Of a stretch of DNA of 60,775 nucleotides, positions 24,835-34,009 are shown piece by piece; within the stretch, counting starts at the first letter, position 1; each line of letters opens with the position of its first letter. The notes beneath the pieces were generated by a model, which saw only the letters and a list, made by a program, of their open reading frames with translations, had not been told where the DNA came from and made no database searches. The stretch comes from Ilumatobacteraceae bacterium (GTDB taxonomy: Bacteria; Actinomycetota; Acidimicrobiia; Acidimicrobiales; Ilumatobacteraceae), in contig JANPGV010000177.1 of assembly GCA_031424145.1 (NCBI GenBank), forward strand, positions 1 to 60,775, written 5' to 3'. A program made the translations under genes and the position numbers.

Positions 24835-26283
24835 ATGGGGTTCTACTTCTTTCCGCGAGGCGGCAGCGCGCAGGTGGCCCGCTACCTCTGTCGTGCACTG
24901 GTCCGCACCCCATGGAAGCCGACCCTGTTCACCGGCTCGGTCGGAACACCCGACGAGACCTCCAATGCCAGCCGGTTCTTCACCGACGTCGAATGCCGAT
25001 CGTTGGACTATTCAGCGGCAATGTCGCGCTGGCGCGATGGAGGTGACGCCATGGCCGGTCCTGTGCCGATGCCTGCCTCGTACGAGGAGAAGCCGGGCGT
25101 ACCCGATCGCATGATGCTCGATCTCGACGAAGCGGCGTTCGATCGACAGGCCACCAGCTGGACTCGATTTTTCGCCAGCAGCGCCGTAAGTCCGCCCGAC
25201 GTCGTGCACCTCCATCACCTCACCCCGATGCACGAAGCGGTGAAGGCGGTGTGGCCGAACGTTCCGGTCGTCACTCATCTGCACGGCACCGAGCTGAAGA
25301 TGTTGTCGTCGTTGAGGGATGGCTCGATTGCGGCCCGGCCTGGACGGTTCGGCGCCGAGTGGGCGGAGCGCATGCGCGGGTGGGCCGAGGGTTCCGATCG
25401 AGTTGTCGTTGTCGCTGCCCACGACAAGGAGCTCGTGCAGGATCTGTTCCCGGTAGATCCCGCGCGCATCGCCACCATCGCAAGTGGTGTCGACACAGAA
25501 GTGTTCGCTCCGCGTCGGACATCCCCAGCAAAGCGCCTGAAGCTTTGGAAGCGGTGGCTCGTCGATCAACCGCAGGGCTGGCGACCCGGCCAGCCCGCTG
25601 GTTCGATCCGCTATGACAAAGCAGATCTGGCGGCATTCACCGACGCCACCGGCCGTGCCGTGCCGGTTGTGCTGTTCGCCGGGCGGTTCATGCGGTTCAA
25701 GCGGCTGCAGTTGCTCATCGAGGCTCATCACCTCCTGAGGACCACAACGTCGTGCCGTCCGGTGTTGGTGATCGCCGGTGGCTTCCTGTGCGAGTGGGAG
25801 GGTGAACATCCCTATGACACGGTCCGCAGGTTGGGCGCCGAAGCCGTGTTCTTCGTCGGCTGGCGCGATCACGCAGAGCTCGCCGAGATCCTCAGTTGCT
25901 GCGATGTCTTCGCCGCACCGGCGGTAGACGAGCCGTTCGGCCTCGTGTACCTCGAGGCGATGGCTTGCGGCGTACCACCGATCGCAACCGCCACTGGTGG
26001 ACCGCTGTCATTCATCAACGTCGATCCCGAACGCCCAACCGGCTGGCTGGTGCCCCCCGACGACGTCCGCGCGACAACGGTCGCGCTTGCTGAAGCGACG
26101 TCCGACAATGAGACGCGTGCCCAACGGGGCGTAGCGGCATCAGAGTTCGTACGCGATCACTTCTCGTGGGCAGCGTCGGCCAGAGCCTTCGCAACTGTCT
26201 ACGACGAGGTGGTCGCTGACCCGACGCCCGCGAGCCGACGCAAACCGCGGTCCGTATCCAAACCGGTGATCGGCGTCGCGTAG
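24835..26283 (+). CDS. GT4-family (GT-B, group 1) glycosyltransferase
   Basis: The start is the ATG at 24835 (MGFYFFPRGGS) or the GTG at 24805. It has the EX7E motif EPFGLVYLEAMACG and a GT-B architecture. Confidence 0.8.
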   Translation: MGFYFFPRGGSAQVARYLCRALVRTPWKPTLFTGSVGTPDETSNASRFFTDVECRSLDYSAAMSRWRDGGDAMAGPVPMPASYEEKPGVPDRMMLDLDEAAFDRQATSWTRFFASSAVSPPDVVHLHHLTPMHEAVKAVWPNVPVVTHLHGTELKMLSSLRDGSIAARPGRFGAEWAERMRGWAEGSDRVVVVAAHDKELVQDLFPVDPARIATIASGVDTEVFAPRRTSPAKRLKLWKRWLVDQPQGWRPGQPAGSIRYDKADLAAFTDATGRAVPVVLFAGRFMRFKRLQLLIEAHHLLRTTTSCRPVLVIAGGFLCEWEGEHPYDTVRRLGAEAVFFVGWRDHAELAEILSCCDVFAAPAVDEPFGLVYLEAMACGVPPIATATGGPLSFINVDPERPTGWLVPPDDVRATTVALAEATSDNETRAQRGVAASEFVRDHFSWAASARAFATVYDEVVADPTPASRRKPRSVSKPVIGVA

Positions 26284-27134
26284 GACAAGATCGTGCTCTT
26301 TCCGTCGTCGGGCAGCAGGTGCAGGATCAATTGCTGGCCACGCACCTCTGTCCACAGCGGATTGTGCGTGACGACGCGACCCGAGGCCGATGAATAGATC
26401 GGGAACGGCACCTCGCGTTGCATGACCAGGTCGTCGACATCGAGCAATCCCAGTCCGCCCAACCAGCCCGGGCCTGACGCCAAGCCGACCTCGGCGACGC
26501 CACCGCACAACAGGTGGCCGCTGTCGAGCCACTGGCAATCCTGGTGGTCCACGAAGAACCCGGGGTTGACCCGCGCCGAACGAAGTTCTCCATCGACGGA
26601 CCACCTGTAGAACCGACGCGATCCCCACGACCAGCCGACTATGTCGCCATCGGGACCGCAGCGCGCTGTCGCTCCGACGTGGTCATCGACGTCGAATGCG
26701 CGACGAGGACCCTCCCCCGGCTGGAAGCGATACACGGTGGTGGTCGAGTCAGGGCGGTACTCCGCACACGGGATCCAGAACGATGTCCCATCGAAGTCCA
26801 TGCCACCGGGGTGGTATCGAATGGCATCGCCGATCGGAACCTCTTCGACGAGGGTCCCTTGATCGTCGACCGCCATCACCAGTCCGCGGCGGGCGTCGAC
26901 ATCGACCGTCGAGATCCACCACGTTGAATCGATCCGCGCCATGCCTTGCGGGTGATGTGAATCGAATCGGAGAGGCAGCTCGTCGACCAGTCGCCAAGCC
27001 GTCGCACGCGTGAGCGCCTCGATGGTCGCAGCTATAGCCGCATCCGCGCCCGTCGTGTCCCGCAACATGTGCACGCAAGTATCGCGGATACGGGTAAACG
27101 CATCGTTGATACTCGGTAAAGATCTCGTGTGCAC
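26199..27134 (-). CDS. Hypothetical protein, beta-rich (possibly a beta-propeller; DUF6454-like by weak recollection)
   Basis: 311-aa ORF rich in W/G/D beta-strand-like repeats. The start is uncertain (ATG at 27134 or MLRDTT at 27068). Its 3' end overlaps the glycosyltransferase 3' end. Confidence 0.5.
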   Translation of the reverse strand: MHTRSLPSINDAFTRIRDTCVHMLRDTTGADAAIAATIEALTRATAWRLVDELPLRFDSHHPQGMARIDSTWWISTVDVDARRGLVMAVDDQGTLVEEVPIGDAIRYHPGGMDFDGTSFWIPCAEYRPDSTTTVYRFQPGEGPRRAFDVDDHVGATARCGPDGDIVGWSWGSRRFYRWSVDGELRSARVNPGFFVDHQDCQWLDSGHLLCGGVAEVGLASGPGWLGGLGLLDVDDLVMQREVPFPIYSSASGRVVTHNPLWTEVRGQQLILHLLPDDGKSTILSYATPITGLDTDRGLRRLAGVGSATTSS

Positions 27135-27182
27135 ACGATGTATATCGGCCGTGCGGGCCGGTCATGAACAAATCTTGAGAGA

Positions 27183-28118
27183 TCAGGCACGTGGCACGGA
27201 GTCGAGCACCGACCGAAGTGCCTGCGCAGCGCCGAGCAATGCAGCACTCTCGAAGGGGACGACGATCTTGGTGTTGTCACTCTCGGCGAACTTGGCGAGC
27301 GTCTCCAGCTGAAGGATCGCGATCAATGACGGGTCCGGGTTGGCAGTACGGATCGCGTTGTACACGCTGGCGATCGCCTCTGCTCGGCCCTCCGCTTCGA
27401 GGATGTACGCCTGCCTGTTGCCTTCAGCACGGAGGATGGCCGAGGCCCGCTCGCCCTCTGCGCCGCGGATTGCGGCCTTCGCCGCGCCGTCGGCCACGTT
27501 GATGGCTGATTGCTGGTTACCCTCGGACTGCAGGATCTTGGCCCGCTTCTCCTGGTCGGCCTGCTTCTGCAGCGCCAGTGCCTCGAGGATCTTGGGGGGC
27601 GGTGTGATCTCGACGATCTCGATGCGGGCGATGCGAATGCCCCACTTGTCGGTGACGGCTTCCATCTGCGATTGGACGTCGGTGTTGATGCGCTCGCGTT
27701 CGGACAGGGCTTCGTCGAGCGAGAGCGTGCCGATGACTGATCGAAGGGCGGTGCGTGCAAGCGCGTCGATGGCGATGCCGAAGTTGGCGACGCTGAACAG
27801 CGCCTGCTTCGCATCGACGATCTGGGTGAAGATGGTCGCGTTGACAGTGACGACGACGTTGTCTCTCGTGATGACCTCTTGACGATCGCCCGGCACCGGG
27901 ATCTCGCGCATGTCGACGCGCTGCAGCGAATCGATGAACGGCCCGATGATGACGAGGCCCGGCTCATGCGTCTTGCGGTACTCACCGAGCCGCTTGACCA
28001 CGCCCACCTCGCCCTGCTGCACGATGTTGACCATCTTACGCAGCATGAACAACAGGACCACAATGATGAGGACGGCTGCGCCCAGCGCACCGATCGTGAC
28101 GTTGCCTAACGCGATCAT
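27183..28118 (-). CDS. SPFH/Band-7 (stomatin-like) membrane protein
   Basis: ORF trimmed to the ATG at 28116-28118 (MIALGNV). An N-terminal TM is followed by QGEVGVVKRLGEY...PGL..I.PFID and an EA-rich coiled coil. Confidence 0.9.
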   Translation of the reverse strand: MIALGNVTIGALGAAVLIIVVLLFMLRKMVNIVQQGEVGVVKRLGEYRKTHEPGLVIIGPFIDSLQRVDMREIPVPGDRQEVITRDNVVVTVNATIFTQIVDAKQALFSVANFGIAIDALARTALRSVIGTLSLDEALSERERINTDVQSQMEAVTDKWGIRIARIEIVEITPPPKILEALALQKQADQEKRAKILQSEGNQQSAINVADGAAKAAIRGAEGERASAILRAEGNRQAYILEAEGRAEAIASVYNAIRTANPDPSLIAILQLETLAKFAESDNTKIVVPFESAALLGAAQALRSVLDSVPRA

Positions 28119-28594
28119 GTCAACTCCCAATGTTCTTCGGCGGCTCGCACCGTCAAGGTTGTGCCAACGACGTTCGTGACGATCACAGCCGTCGAAGGCG
28201 GTATCAGAGATCCGTCGGCCGTGACGGCGAGCCAGGTCTCGCCCAGCAGGCGAACGTGCCCGCTGGCATCGAGACACACCTCGTCGACGGTCAGACCTCG
28301 CGAGCCGATGAGCCCGCCGTGAACCCCGCGGATAGAGGTTCCCGGACCACGCCGGGCGAACGCCTGACTCATCTGTGGACGAACGAGAACTACGCCGGCC
28401 GCCGATACGGCAACCGCTGTGACGACCTGGGGGATGACTGCCGACGGGGCTACGAGCGCGACGGCCCCTGCGACAGCAGCTCCGGCGGCACCGAACATGG
28501 CGAAGAACGCCATGTGATGCAACTCCACCCCTACGAGCACCACACACAACACGATCCACATGAGGGCCACGACAGCCACCTCCGCTCGAATCAT
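28115..28594 (-). CDS. NfeD-family membrane protein
   Basis: Trimmed to the ATG at 28592-28594 (MIRAEV). Hydrophobic N-terminal helices are followed by a C-terminal OB-like LIGSRGLTVDEV...GHVRLLGETWLAV. ATGA overlap with the SPFH gene. Confidence 0.8.
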   Translation of the reverse strand: MIRAEVAVVALMWIVLCVVLVGVELHHMAFFAMFGAAGAAVAGAVALVAPSAVIPQVVTAVAVSAAGVVLVRPQMSQAFARRGPGTSIRGVHGGLIGSRGLTVDEVCLDASGHVRLLGETWLAVTADGSLIPPSTAVIVTNVVGTTLTVRAAEEHWELT

Positions 28595-28632
28595 ACGCGC
28601 CGACTTCCGGCAAACGTACGGCGACAGGGCAA

Positions 28633-29205
28633 CTACTTTTCGTCGAGGTGGGCAACGCATGTATCGAGGGCAACGCTGAGGGGATCGAGAACGACCAACT
28701 TGGGGTTGGCCGCAGCGAGGATCTCGACGAGGTGCGAGAATCCCGTTCCGCCCAGCGCGACCGTTGCCGCGCCGCGAATGCTTGCGACAAGCGCTCCAAC
28801 GTCCATCCCGCGCAGATCGTCACCGGTCAGTTCGACGACCGGTTGCCTGGCAGCGGCCATCGCCGACCGCAGCGCCTCGCCGGCACCGACGACAGGGATA
28901 GCGACCGTGGTACGAGCTTCGGTGACGCCGGGGTCGGCGGTGCAGTCGACGATGACCGCATCGAAGCCTTCGTCCGCAGCGTCGACGATCGTTTGCAACA
29001 CGAACGGCGCGGCTGCTCGTGCGTCGTGCGCGTTGCGGATCTCGGATGGACCGCTGCCCGTACAGCGATACGTGAGCTGGACGCCGGGGCGTGCCAGCCG
29101 GGCAAGGTCGGCTTCGATCTGTGGTGCGATCGACTCCCAAGGAGCGCTTGTCGGACCGATGAGGAGCACCTTTGGCACCTCAAGATCCTCGCGCAGGCAC
29201 ACCAT
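28633..29205 (-). CDS. Asp/Glu/hydantoin racemase-family protein
   Basis: KVLLIGP...GFDAVIVDCTADPGV...IPVVGAGEA resembles hydantoin/Asp-Glu racemases. The alternative TTG start at 29235 would overlap the upstream stop. Confidence 0.65.
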   Translation of the reverse strand: MVCLREDLEVPKVLLIGPTSAPWESIAPQIEADLARLARPGVQLTYRCTGSGPSEIRNAHDARAAAPFVLQTIVDAADEGFDAVIVDCTADPGVTEARTTVAIPVVGAGEALRSAMAAARQPVVELTGDDLRGMDVGALVASIRGAATVALGGTGFSHLVEILAAANPKLVVLDPLSVALDTCVAHLDEK

Positions 29206-29231
29206 GCTGATCGCCCTCGACGCCGGTTGCC

Positions 29232-29906
29232 TCAATCACGATCCTGCCACGTGCAGATGCATGCTTCGTTGCCCTCCGGGTCGGCCAGCACCCAGAACGC
29301 CCGGGCTCGCTTGTCACTGACGACGCGTCCACCGGTAGCAACTGCGGCCGCGACGCGCCGCTCGGCGACGTCGTGCGCCACAATGATGTCGAGATGAATG
29401 CGATTCCGCTGCGGCCGCGGCGTGTCCATCTGCTGGAACCAAAAACTGGGCCCGATCCGCAAGGGGTCGACCAGCGCGGTGATCTGCTCGCCCGCATTCG
29501 CCGGCGGTTCGTCGTCGTACCCCAGGACCGCCTTCCAGAACGGGCGAACGGCGTCGATGTCCATTGCGTCGATGGCCACTTCGACCGCAAGCGCCGGCAA
29601 CGCTTCGCTCGTCAATTCCGCTGCGGCCGCGAGCGAGGAGATCGTGGTGGCCAGTGCGACATCGGCATCGGTCAGGCTGTTGGTGGCGTGAGTCGTGAGG
29701 CTCACATGCACGCAAGCCGGATAGCGAAGGTCGACATCGGGATGGTGTCCCGCTGACTCGGCCGCGCCGGCGACCTGGCCGATGAATGCGGCTGCGGCCT
29801 CGAACGACTTGGCACGAAAGCGTGCCTCGATCCGCCGCAGAACGATCCGCCAGTCAGGAAGATCGGTTCGAGCTTGGAACTCCGACGACGACAGCCTGTT
29901 GATCAT
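29232..29906 (-). CDS. Fusion: pterin-4a-carbinolamine dehydratase-like N-domain plus glyoxalase/VOC-like C-domain
   Basis: The N-terminal half with F..A..F...V...AE..GHHPD is PCD-like. The C-terminal half with FW..VLGY...RIHLDI...VLADPEGNE is VOC-like. Confidence 0.65.
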   Translation of the reverse strand: MINRLSSSEFQARTDLPDWRIVLRRIEARFRAKSFEAAAAFIGQVAGAAESAGHHPDVDLRYPACVHVSLTTHATNSLTDADVALATTISSLAAAAELTSEALPALAVEVAIDAMDIDAVRPFWKAVLGYDDEPPANAGEQITALVDPLRIGPSFWFQQMDTPRPQRNRIHLDIIVAHDVAERRVAAAVATGGRVVSDKRARAFWVLADPEGNEACICTWQDRD

Positions 29907-29940
29907 CGGGCCAGCTTATGAAGCCTCGACGAGGGCGCGC

Positions 29941-30990
29941 TCAACCGACGATGGCCTCGATCTGGGCTTGCTCGGCCTCGATCATCTGTGCCAGTCGGCG
30001 CCTGAATCGGATGCCGCCGCTGTCGGTTCGCAGGTTGATGTTGGGGGTCGTGGACACCGCCATGCCCCGTTGCGACGCCTGCAGGATGACCCTGTCTTCC
30101 TCGAAGGCACCGCGTACCGAGGCAGCGAACTGCCGCGAGACGTCGGCGTCGTCCGGGGCGACGTTTCGCATCTGGAACCAGAAGTATCGAGTCGTCGACT
30201 CGTCGACCGGCGTGAGGAAGTTGAAGCTGTCCATCACGAAGGTGTCGGGGTGCAGGGGCTTGTCCTCGCCGCCGGCGCCCGCAGGCGAGATGTAGGCCTT
30301 GATCAAAGCGTTGCTCGGATAGCGCACCTCGTATTGCTGCTTGCGGTCGCAGTTGCCGGCGAATTGGAGGTACGGCGCGTAGAACGGCGCCGGTGGCGTG
30401 TCCAGCATCCATCGCCACGTGGTGATGCCGTCGTCGCCAATCGTGACCTGCAGCGGGACCTCGTCGGAACCGTCGCCGGCGAAGGAGCCCGGATGCACCC
30501 AGGCGACGTGTGAGGGATCGAGCAGGTTGTCCGTGATGTGGAGATAGTTGCAAGCGAACACCATGTCGTCGCCGTCGGTCGTTCCCCACATCGGATCGCC
30601 CCAGTGCTGGGCCTCGAAGATGTCGGCCGGGTTGGCACGCAGTGGCTCACCCATCCAGATCCACAGCAATCCGTAGCGAGGCTCGATCGGGTACGAGTGC
30701 ACGTGGGCGCCTTGCGGCGGGCGGTCGTTGCCCGGCGCGCGCACGCACAGCCCGTCGCAGTCGAACACGAGGCCGTGGTATCCGCATTCGATGTCATCGC
30801 CCTGCACTCGGCCCATCGACAGCGGGACCTTGCGGTGCGGGCACGCGTCTGCAAGTGCCGCGTACCTGCCGCTGGTGCCGCGGTAGATGGCCACGTTCTC
30901 GCCGAGAATCGTCGTCGCGTACGGGGTGTCGCCGACCTCGCGCTCCCACGCCGCCACGTACCACGCGTTGCGGAGGAACATCCGCTGCAT
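29941..30990 (-). CDS. Rieske [2Fe-2S] non-heme-iron oxygenase, VanA/phthalate-family alpha subunit
   Basis: Trimmed to the ATG at 30988-30990 (MQRMFLRNAWY). Rieske motif CPHRKVPLS...CGYHGLVF. Iron site NLLDPSHVAWVH. Confidence 0.85.
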   Translation of the reverse strand: MQRMFLRNAWYVAAWEREVGDTPYATTILGENVAIYRGTSGRYAALADACPHRKVPLSMGRVQGDDIECGYHGLVFDCDGLCVRAPGNDRPPQGAHVHSYPIEPRYGLLWIWMGEPLRANPADIFEAQHWGDPMWGTTDGDDMVFACNYLHITDNLLDPSHVAWVHPGSFAGDGSDEVPLQVTIGDDGITTWRWMLDTPPAPFYAPYLQFAGNCDRKQQYEVRYPSNALIKAYISPAGAGGEDKPLHPDTFVMDSFNFLTPVDESTTRYFWFQMRNVAPDDADVSRQFAASVRGAFEEDRVILQASQRGMAVSTTPNINLRTDSGGIRFRRRLAQMIEAEQAQIEAIVG

Positions 30991-31071
30991 CGTACTTGGT
31001 GGGCCGGGCCCGGCCGTCCGAGAGAGCAATTGCCACGAGTCGTACAGTTGGGTCGAGAGGAAGGGGCCTTC

Positions 31072-31914
31072 ATGGCCGGGATTGCTCCACGCGACGCTGA
31101 TCAAATCGACGCCGCCAACGCTTCTGGACGGACACCCGTCGTATTCATTCACGGTCTCTGGTTGCTACCGAACAGTTGGGACCAGTGGAGTCAGGCGTTT
31201 TCCGACGCCGGATTCGCGACTGTTGCCCCAGGATGGCCGGACGACCCCGAGACCGTTGCCGAGGGCAACGCCCACCCGGAGGGGTTCGCCCGGAAAACCG
31301 TGGGACAGGTCGCTGACCACATGCAAGGGGTCATCGCCAAGCTGAGCAAGACGCCGGCGATCATCGGTCACTCGTTCGGAGGTCTGTTGGCGCAGATCCT
31401 CGCCGGACGCGGCCTGGCCAAGTCGACGGTGGCCATCGATCCAGCACCGTTCCGAGGTGTGCTTCCGCTGCCGATCTCCGCCTTGAAGTCGGCGTCGCCA
31501 GTCCTGAAGAATCCCGCCAACCGAGGCAAGGCAGTGGCGCTGACCCAGGATCAGTTCCGATACGGCTTCGCCAACGCCGTCTCCGATGAGGAGTCCAAAC
31601 AGCTTCACGAGACGTACGCCGTTCCCGGCGCGGGGCGAATGCTCTTCCAAGCCGCCACGGCCAACTTCAATCCGTGGACCGATGCGAAAGTCGACTCGAT
31701 GAACTCGAAGCGCGGACCGCTGCTGATCATCTCCGGGGAGAAGGACCACACGGTGCCATGGGCGATCGCCAACGCCAGTTACAAGAAGCAGAAGCGCAAC
31801 GAAGGCGTCACCGAGATCGTCGAGATTCCCGGCCGGGGACACTCGCTGACCATCGACCACGGCTGGCGCGAGGTGGCCGACAAGGCACTCTCCTTCGTCC
31901 GTCGTTTCGAGTGA
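31072..31914 (+). CDS. Alpha/beta-hydrolase
   Basis: Trimmed to the ATG at 31072 (MAGIAPRD), with GAGAGGAAGGGG upstream. HG oxyanion VVFIHGLW, nucleophile elbow GHSFGG, C-terminal GRGHS. Confidence 0.85.
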   Translation: MAGIAPRDADQIDAANASGRTPVVFIHGLWLLPNSWDQWSQAFSDAGFATVAPGWPDDPETVAEGNAHPEGFARKTVGQVADHMQGVIAKLSKTPAIIGHSFGGLLAQILAGRGLAKSTVAIDPAPFRGVLPLPISALKSASPVLKNPANRGKAVALTQDQFRYGFANAVSDEESKQLHETYAVPGAGRMLFQAATANFNPWTDAKVDSMNSKRGPLLIISGEKDHTVPWAIANASYKKQKRNEGVTEIVEIPGRGHSLTIDHGWREVADKALSFVRRFE

Positions 31915-31990
31915 GCCGCGCCGTTTCGGCGTAGTCGTACCGGGGTCCGCCGTGTCGGTTCCGAGCGACCGCGATGTAGGATTTCGGTCT

Positions 31991-32299
31991 ATGGCCACCG
32001 CCAAGCTCACTCCGCTCCAAGAACTCGAAGCCCGCCGCAATGCACCTGCGGGACCCAAGCGGGTGATCTCCGAGGAAGAGAAGGCCACCCGCCGCGAGCG
32101 AGTCGCCAAGGCCAAGGATGCTCTTGCCCGCTCCGTCGGCGCCAAGGGCGAGCAGGTGGCTCCGGCTCGAGCCGCGCTCAAGGTGTATCTGCAAAAGTTG
32201 AACGAGCCGAAGCAGCCCGACGACGCCCAGTTCGAGGTGCTCATCGAGGCTCCCTTCAAGGTGCCGCCGAAGAAGAAGACCAACGACCGTCGCTTCTGA
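31991..32299 (+). CDS. Small basic hypothetical protein (102 aa)
   Basis: ATG at 31991 (MATAKLTPLQ). Lys/Arg-rich and helical. No motif recognised. Confidence 0.45.
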   Translation: MATAKLTPLQELEARRNAPAGPKRVISEEEKATRRERVAKAKDALARSVGAKGEQVAPARAALKVYLQKLNEPKQPDDAQFEVLIEAPFKVPPKKKTNDRRF

Positions 32300-32308
32300 T
32301 CCCAGCGT

Positions 32309-33601
32309 TTGAGGGTGAGAACTCCTGTCGACCGAGTGGTTCGGTGCATCGAGCGGGCCGATGCCGAAGCGCAAGCCATGGCGACCGCATATCTGGTGCG
32401 GCGTGACAGCGGTGCGCTGCAGGACGCAGCGGCCGTCGATCCTTCACTGCCGCTGGCCGGTGAAGTTCTCGCCGTCAAGGCCTGTTTCGACGTTGCCGGG
32501 TGGACGACCCACGCCGGCTCCGCCGTACTCGCGGACGCAGCGCCCGCGGTCAACGATGCGCCGATGGTGAGGGCCTTACGGTCAGCGGGCGCCATCGTGC
32601 TGGCGCAGACGAACATGACGGAGTTCGCGTATGGCGCGTTGGGGCTCAACAGCACCTACGGAACGCCGACCACGCCGCTTCGACCGGGGGAGAAGCGCGT
32701 AGCCGGCGGGTCGACGTCCGGGGGAGCCGTGGCCGTCGCCCTTGGTGCAGCAGACACCGCGTTGGGTTCGGACACAAGTGGATCAATCCGCATTCCTGCA
32801 GCCTTCTGTGGCGTTGCCGGGTTCAAGCCCTCGCAGGGTCGGTACCCAGTCGAAGGGATGATTCCGCTGGCCCGCAGCTTCGACGCACCGGGCTTCATCA
32901 CATCGACCGTCGCCGGCCTGTGTCGGGTGGACGTGGCGTTGGTCGACAGGCCGCAGCCGGGCTCGACGCGATCCATGAGCGATGTCCACATGCTGGTTCC
33001 AGTCGATGCGATACACGCGGGAGACACCGATCCTCTGGTGTTGAAGCGGTTCGGCGAATGGCTGGCCGTTCTCCAAGCCGCGGGAGCCACCATCACCGAA
33101 ACCGAGTTGCCGATGATGACCGAAGCCAGCCTTGCCGCTCGCGAGGGCTGGGTCATCGCTGTCGAAGCGTACGACTGGCATCGCGATCTGATCGCCGAGC
33201 ATGCCGATCGATACGACTCGCGGGTCGGCGTGCGCATACAACACGGTGCCCAGGTCCTAGCCGCCGATTACCTGGCCGCTCTGCGCAAGATCGGTGACTG
33301 CAAACGACGATACGACGAGGCGCTCGAGCATGCAGATGCGGTCATCACTCCAACAGTCGCTATCTTGCCGCCCCGGGTCGAGGATGTTCAGACGTTGGAG
33401 TGTTACCTCGCGATGAACACCGAGGTCCTGCGCCTGACTGAGCACGCAAACAGGCTCGACCTGCCGAGCGTCAGCATGCCGGGTGCGTTCGCCGATCGTC
33501 AGCCGATCGGCCTCATGCTCACCGGTCGGCGCGGCGGCGATGCCCAGCTGCTCGACCTTGCCGTCATGTGCGAAGCATGTCTCGCAGATGCCGTCCGATG
33601 A
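32309..33601 (+). CDS. Amidase-signature (AS) family amidase
   Basis: GGSTSGGAVAVALG and GSDTSGSIRIPAAFCG are the AS-family Ser-cisSer-Lys signature region. The exact start is uncertain. Confidence 0.85.
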   Translation: MRVRTPVDRVVRCIERADAEAQAMATAYLVRRDSGALQDAAAVDPSLPLAGEVLAVKACFDVAGWTTHAGSAVLADAAPAVNDAPMVRALRSAGAIVLAQTNMTEFAYGALGLNSTYGTPTTPLRPGEKRVAGGSTSGGAVAVALGAADTALGSDTSGSIRIPAAFCGVAGFKPSQGRYPVEGMIPLARSFDAPGFITSTVAGLCRVDVALVDRPQPGSTRSMSDVHMLVPVDAIHAGDTDPLVLKRFGEWLAVLQAAGATITETELPMMTEASLAAREGWVIAVEAYDWHRDLIAEHADRYDSRVGVRIQHGAQVLAADYLAALRKIGDCKRRYDEALEHADAVITPTVAILPPRVEDVQTLECYLAMNTEVLRLTEHANRLDLPSVSMPGAFADRQPIGLMLTGRRGGDAQLLDLAVMCEACLADAVR

Positions 33602-33616
33602 CTAGCTTCGGAACTC

Positions 33617-34003
33617 ATGATCATCGTTCGTTCCCAGGACATCGCCAACACCACTCGCCATGTTGCCGGCCCCGGCTGGGACAGCAAGCGGATGATCGTC
33701 AGAGATGACGGCATGGGCTACTCGGTGCACGAGACCCGCATCATCGAGGGCACAGAAAGTCACCTGCACTACAAGCACCACCTCGAGACCAACTACTGCA
33801 TCTCCGGGGAGGGAGAAGTCGTCGACGTGGCGACGGGCGAGACGTTCGATATCCGTTCAGGCACGATCTACGCACTCGACCAACACGATGAACACATCAT
33901 CCGTGCGACCAAGGGCGACCTGCACCTGATTTGCGTCTTCAATCCCCCCGTCGCGGGAACCGAAACGCACAACGCGGACGGCGGGTACGAGCCTCCAGAT
34001 TGA
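33617..34003 (+). CDS. ectC: L-ectoine synthase-type cupin (EctC), solitary
   Basis: 128 aa. It is collinear with canonical EctC as I recall it: MIVR...GW.S.R......G.S.H.T.I..GTE.H.HYKHH.E..YCI.GEGEV...DQHDEH.....K. No ectA, ectB or ectD anywhere in the window. Confidence 0.9.
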   Translation: MIIVRSQDIANTTRHVAGPGWDSKRMIVRDDGMGYSVHETRIIEGTESHLHYKHHLETNYCISGEGEVVDVATGETFDIRSGTIYALDQHDEHIIRATKGDLHLICVFNPPVAGTETHNADGGYEPPD

Positions 34004-34009
34004 GGAGAC

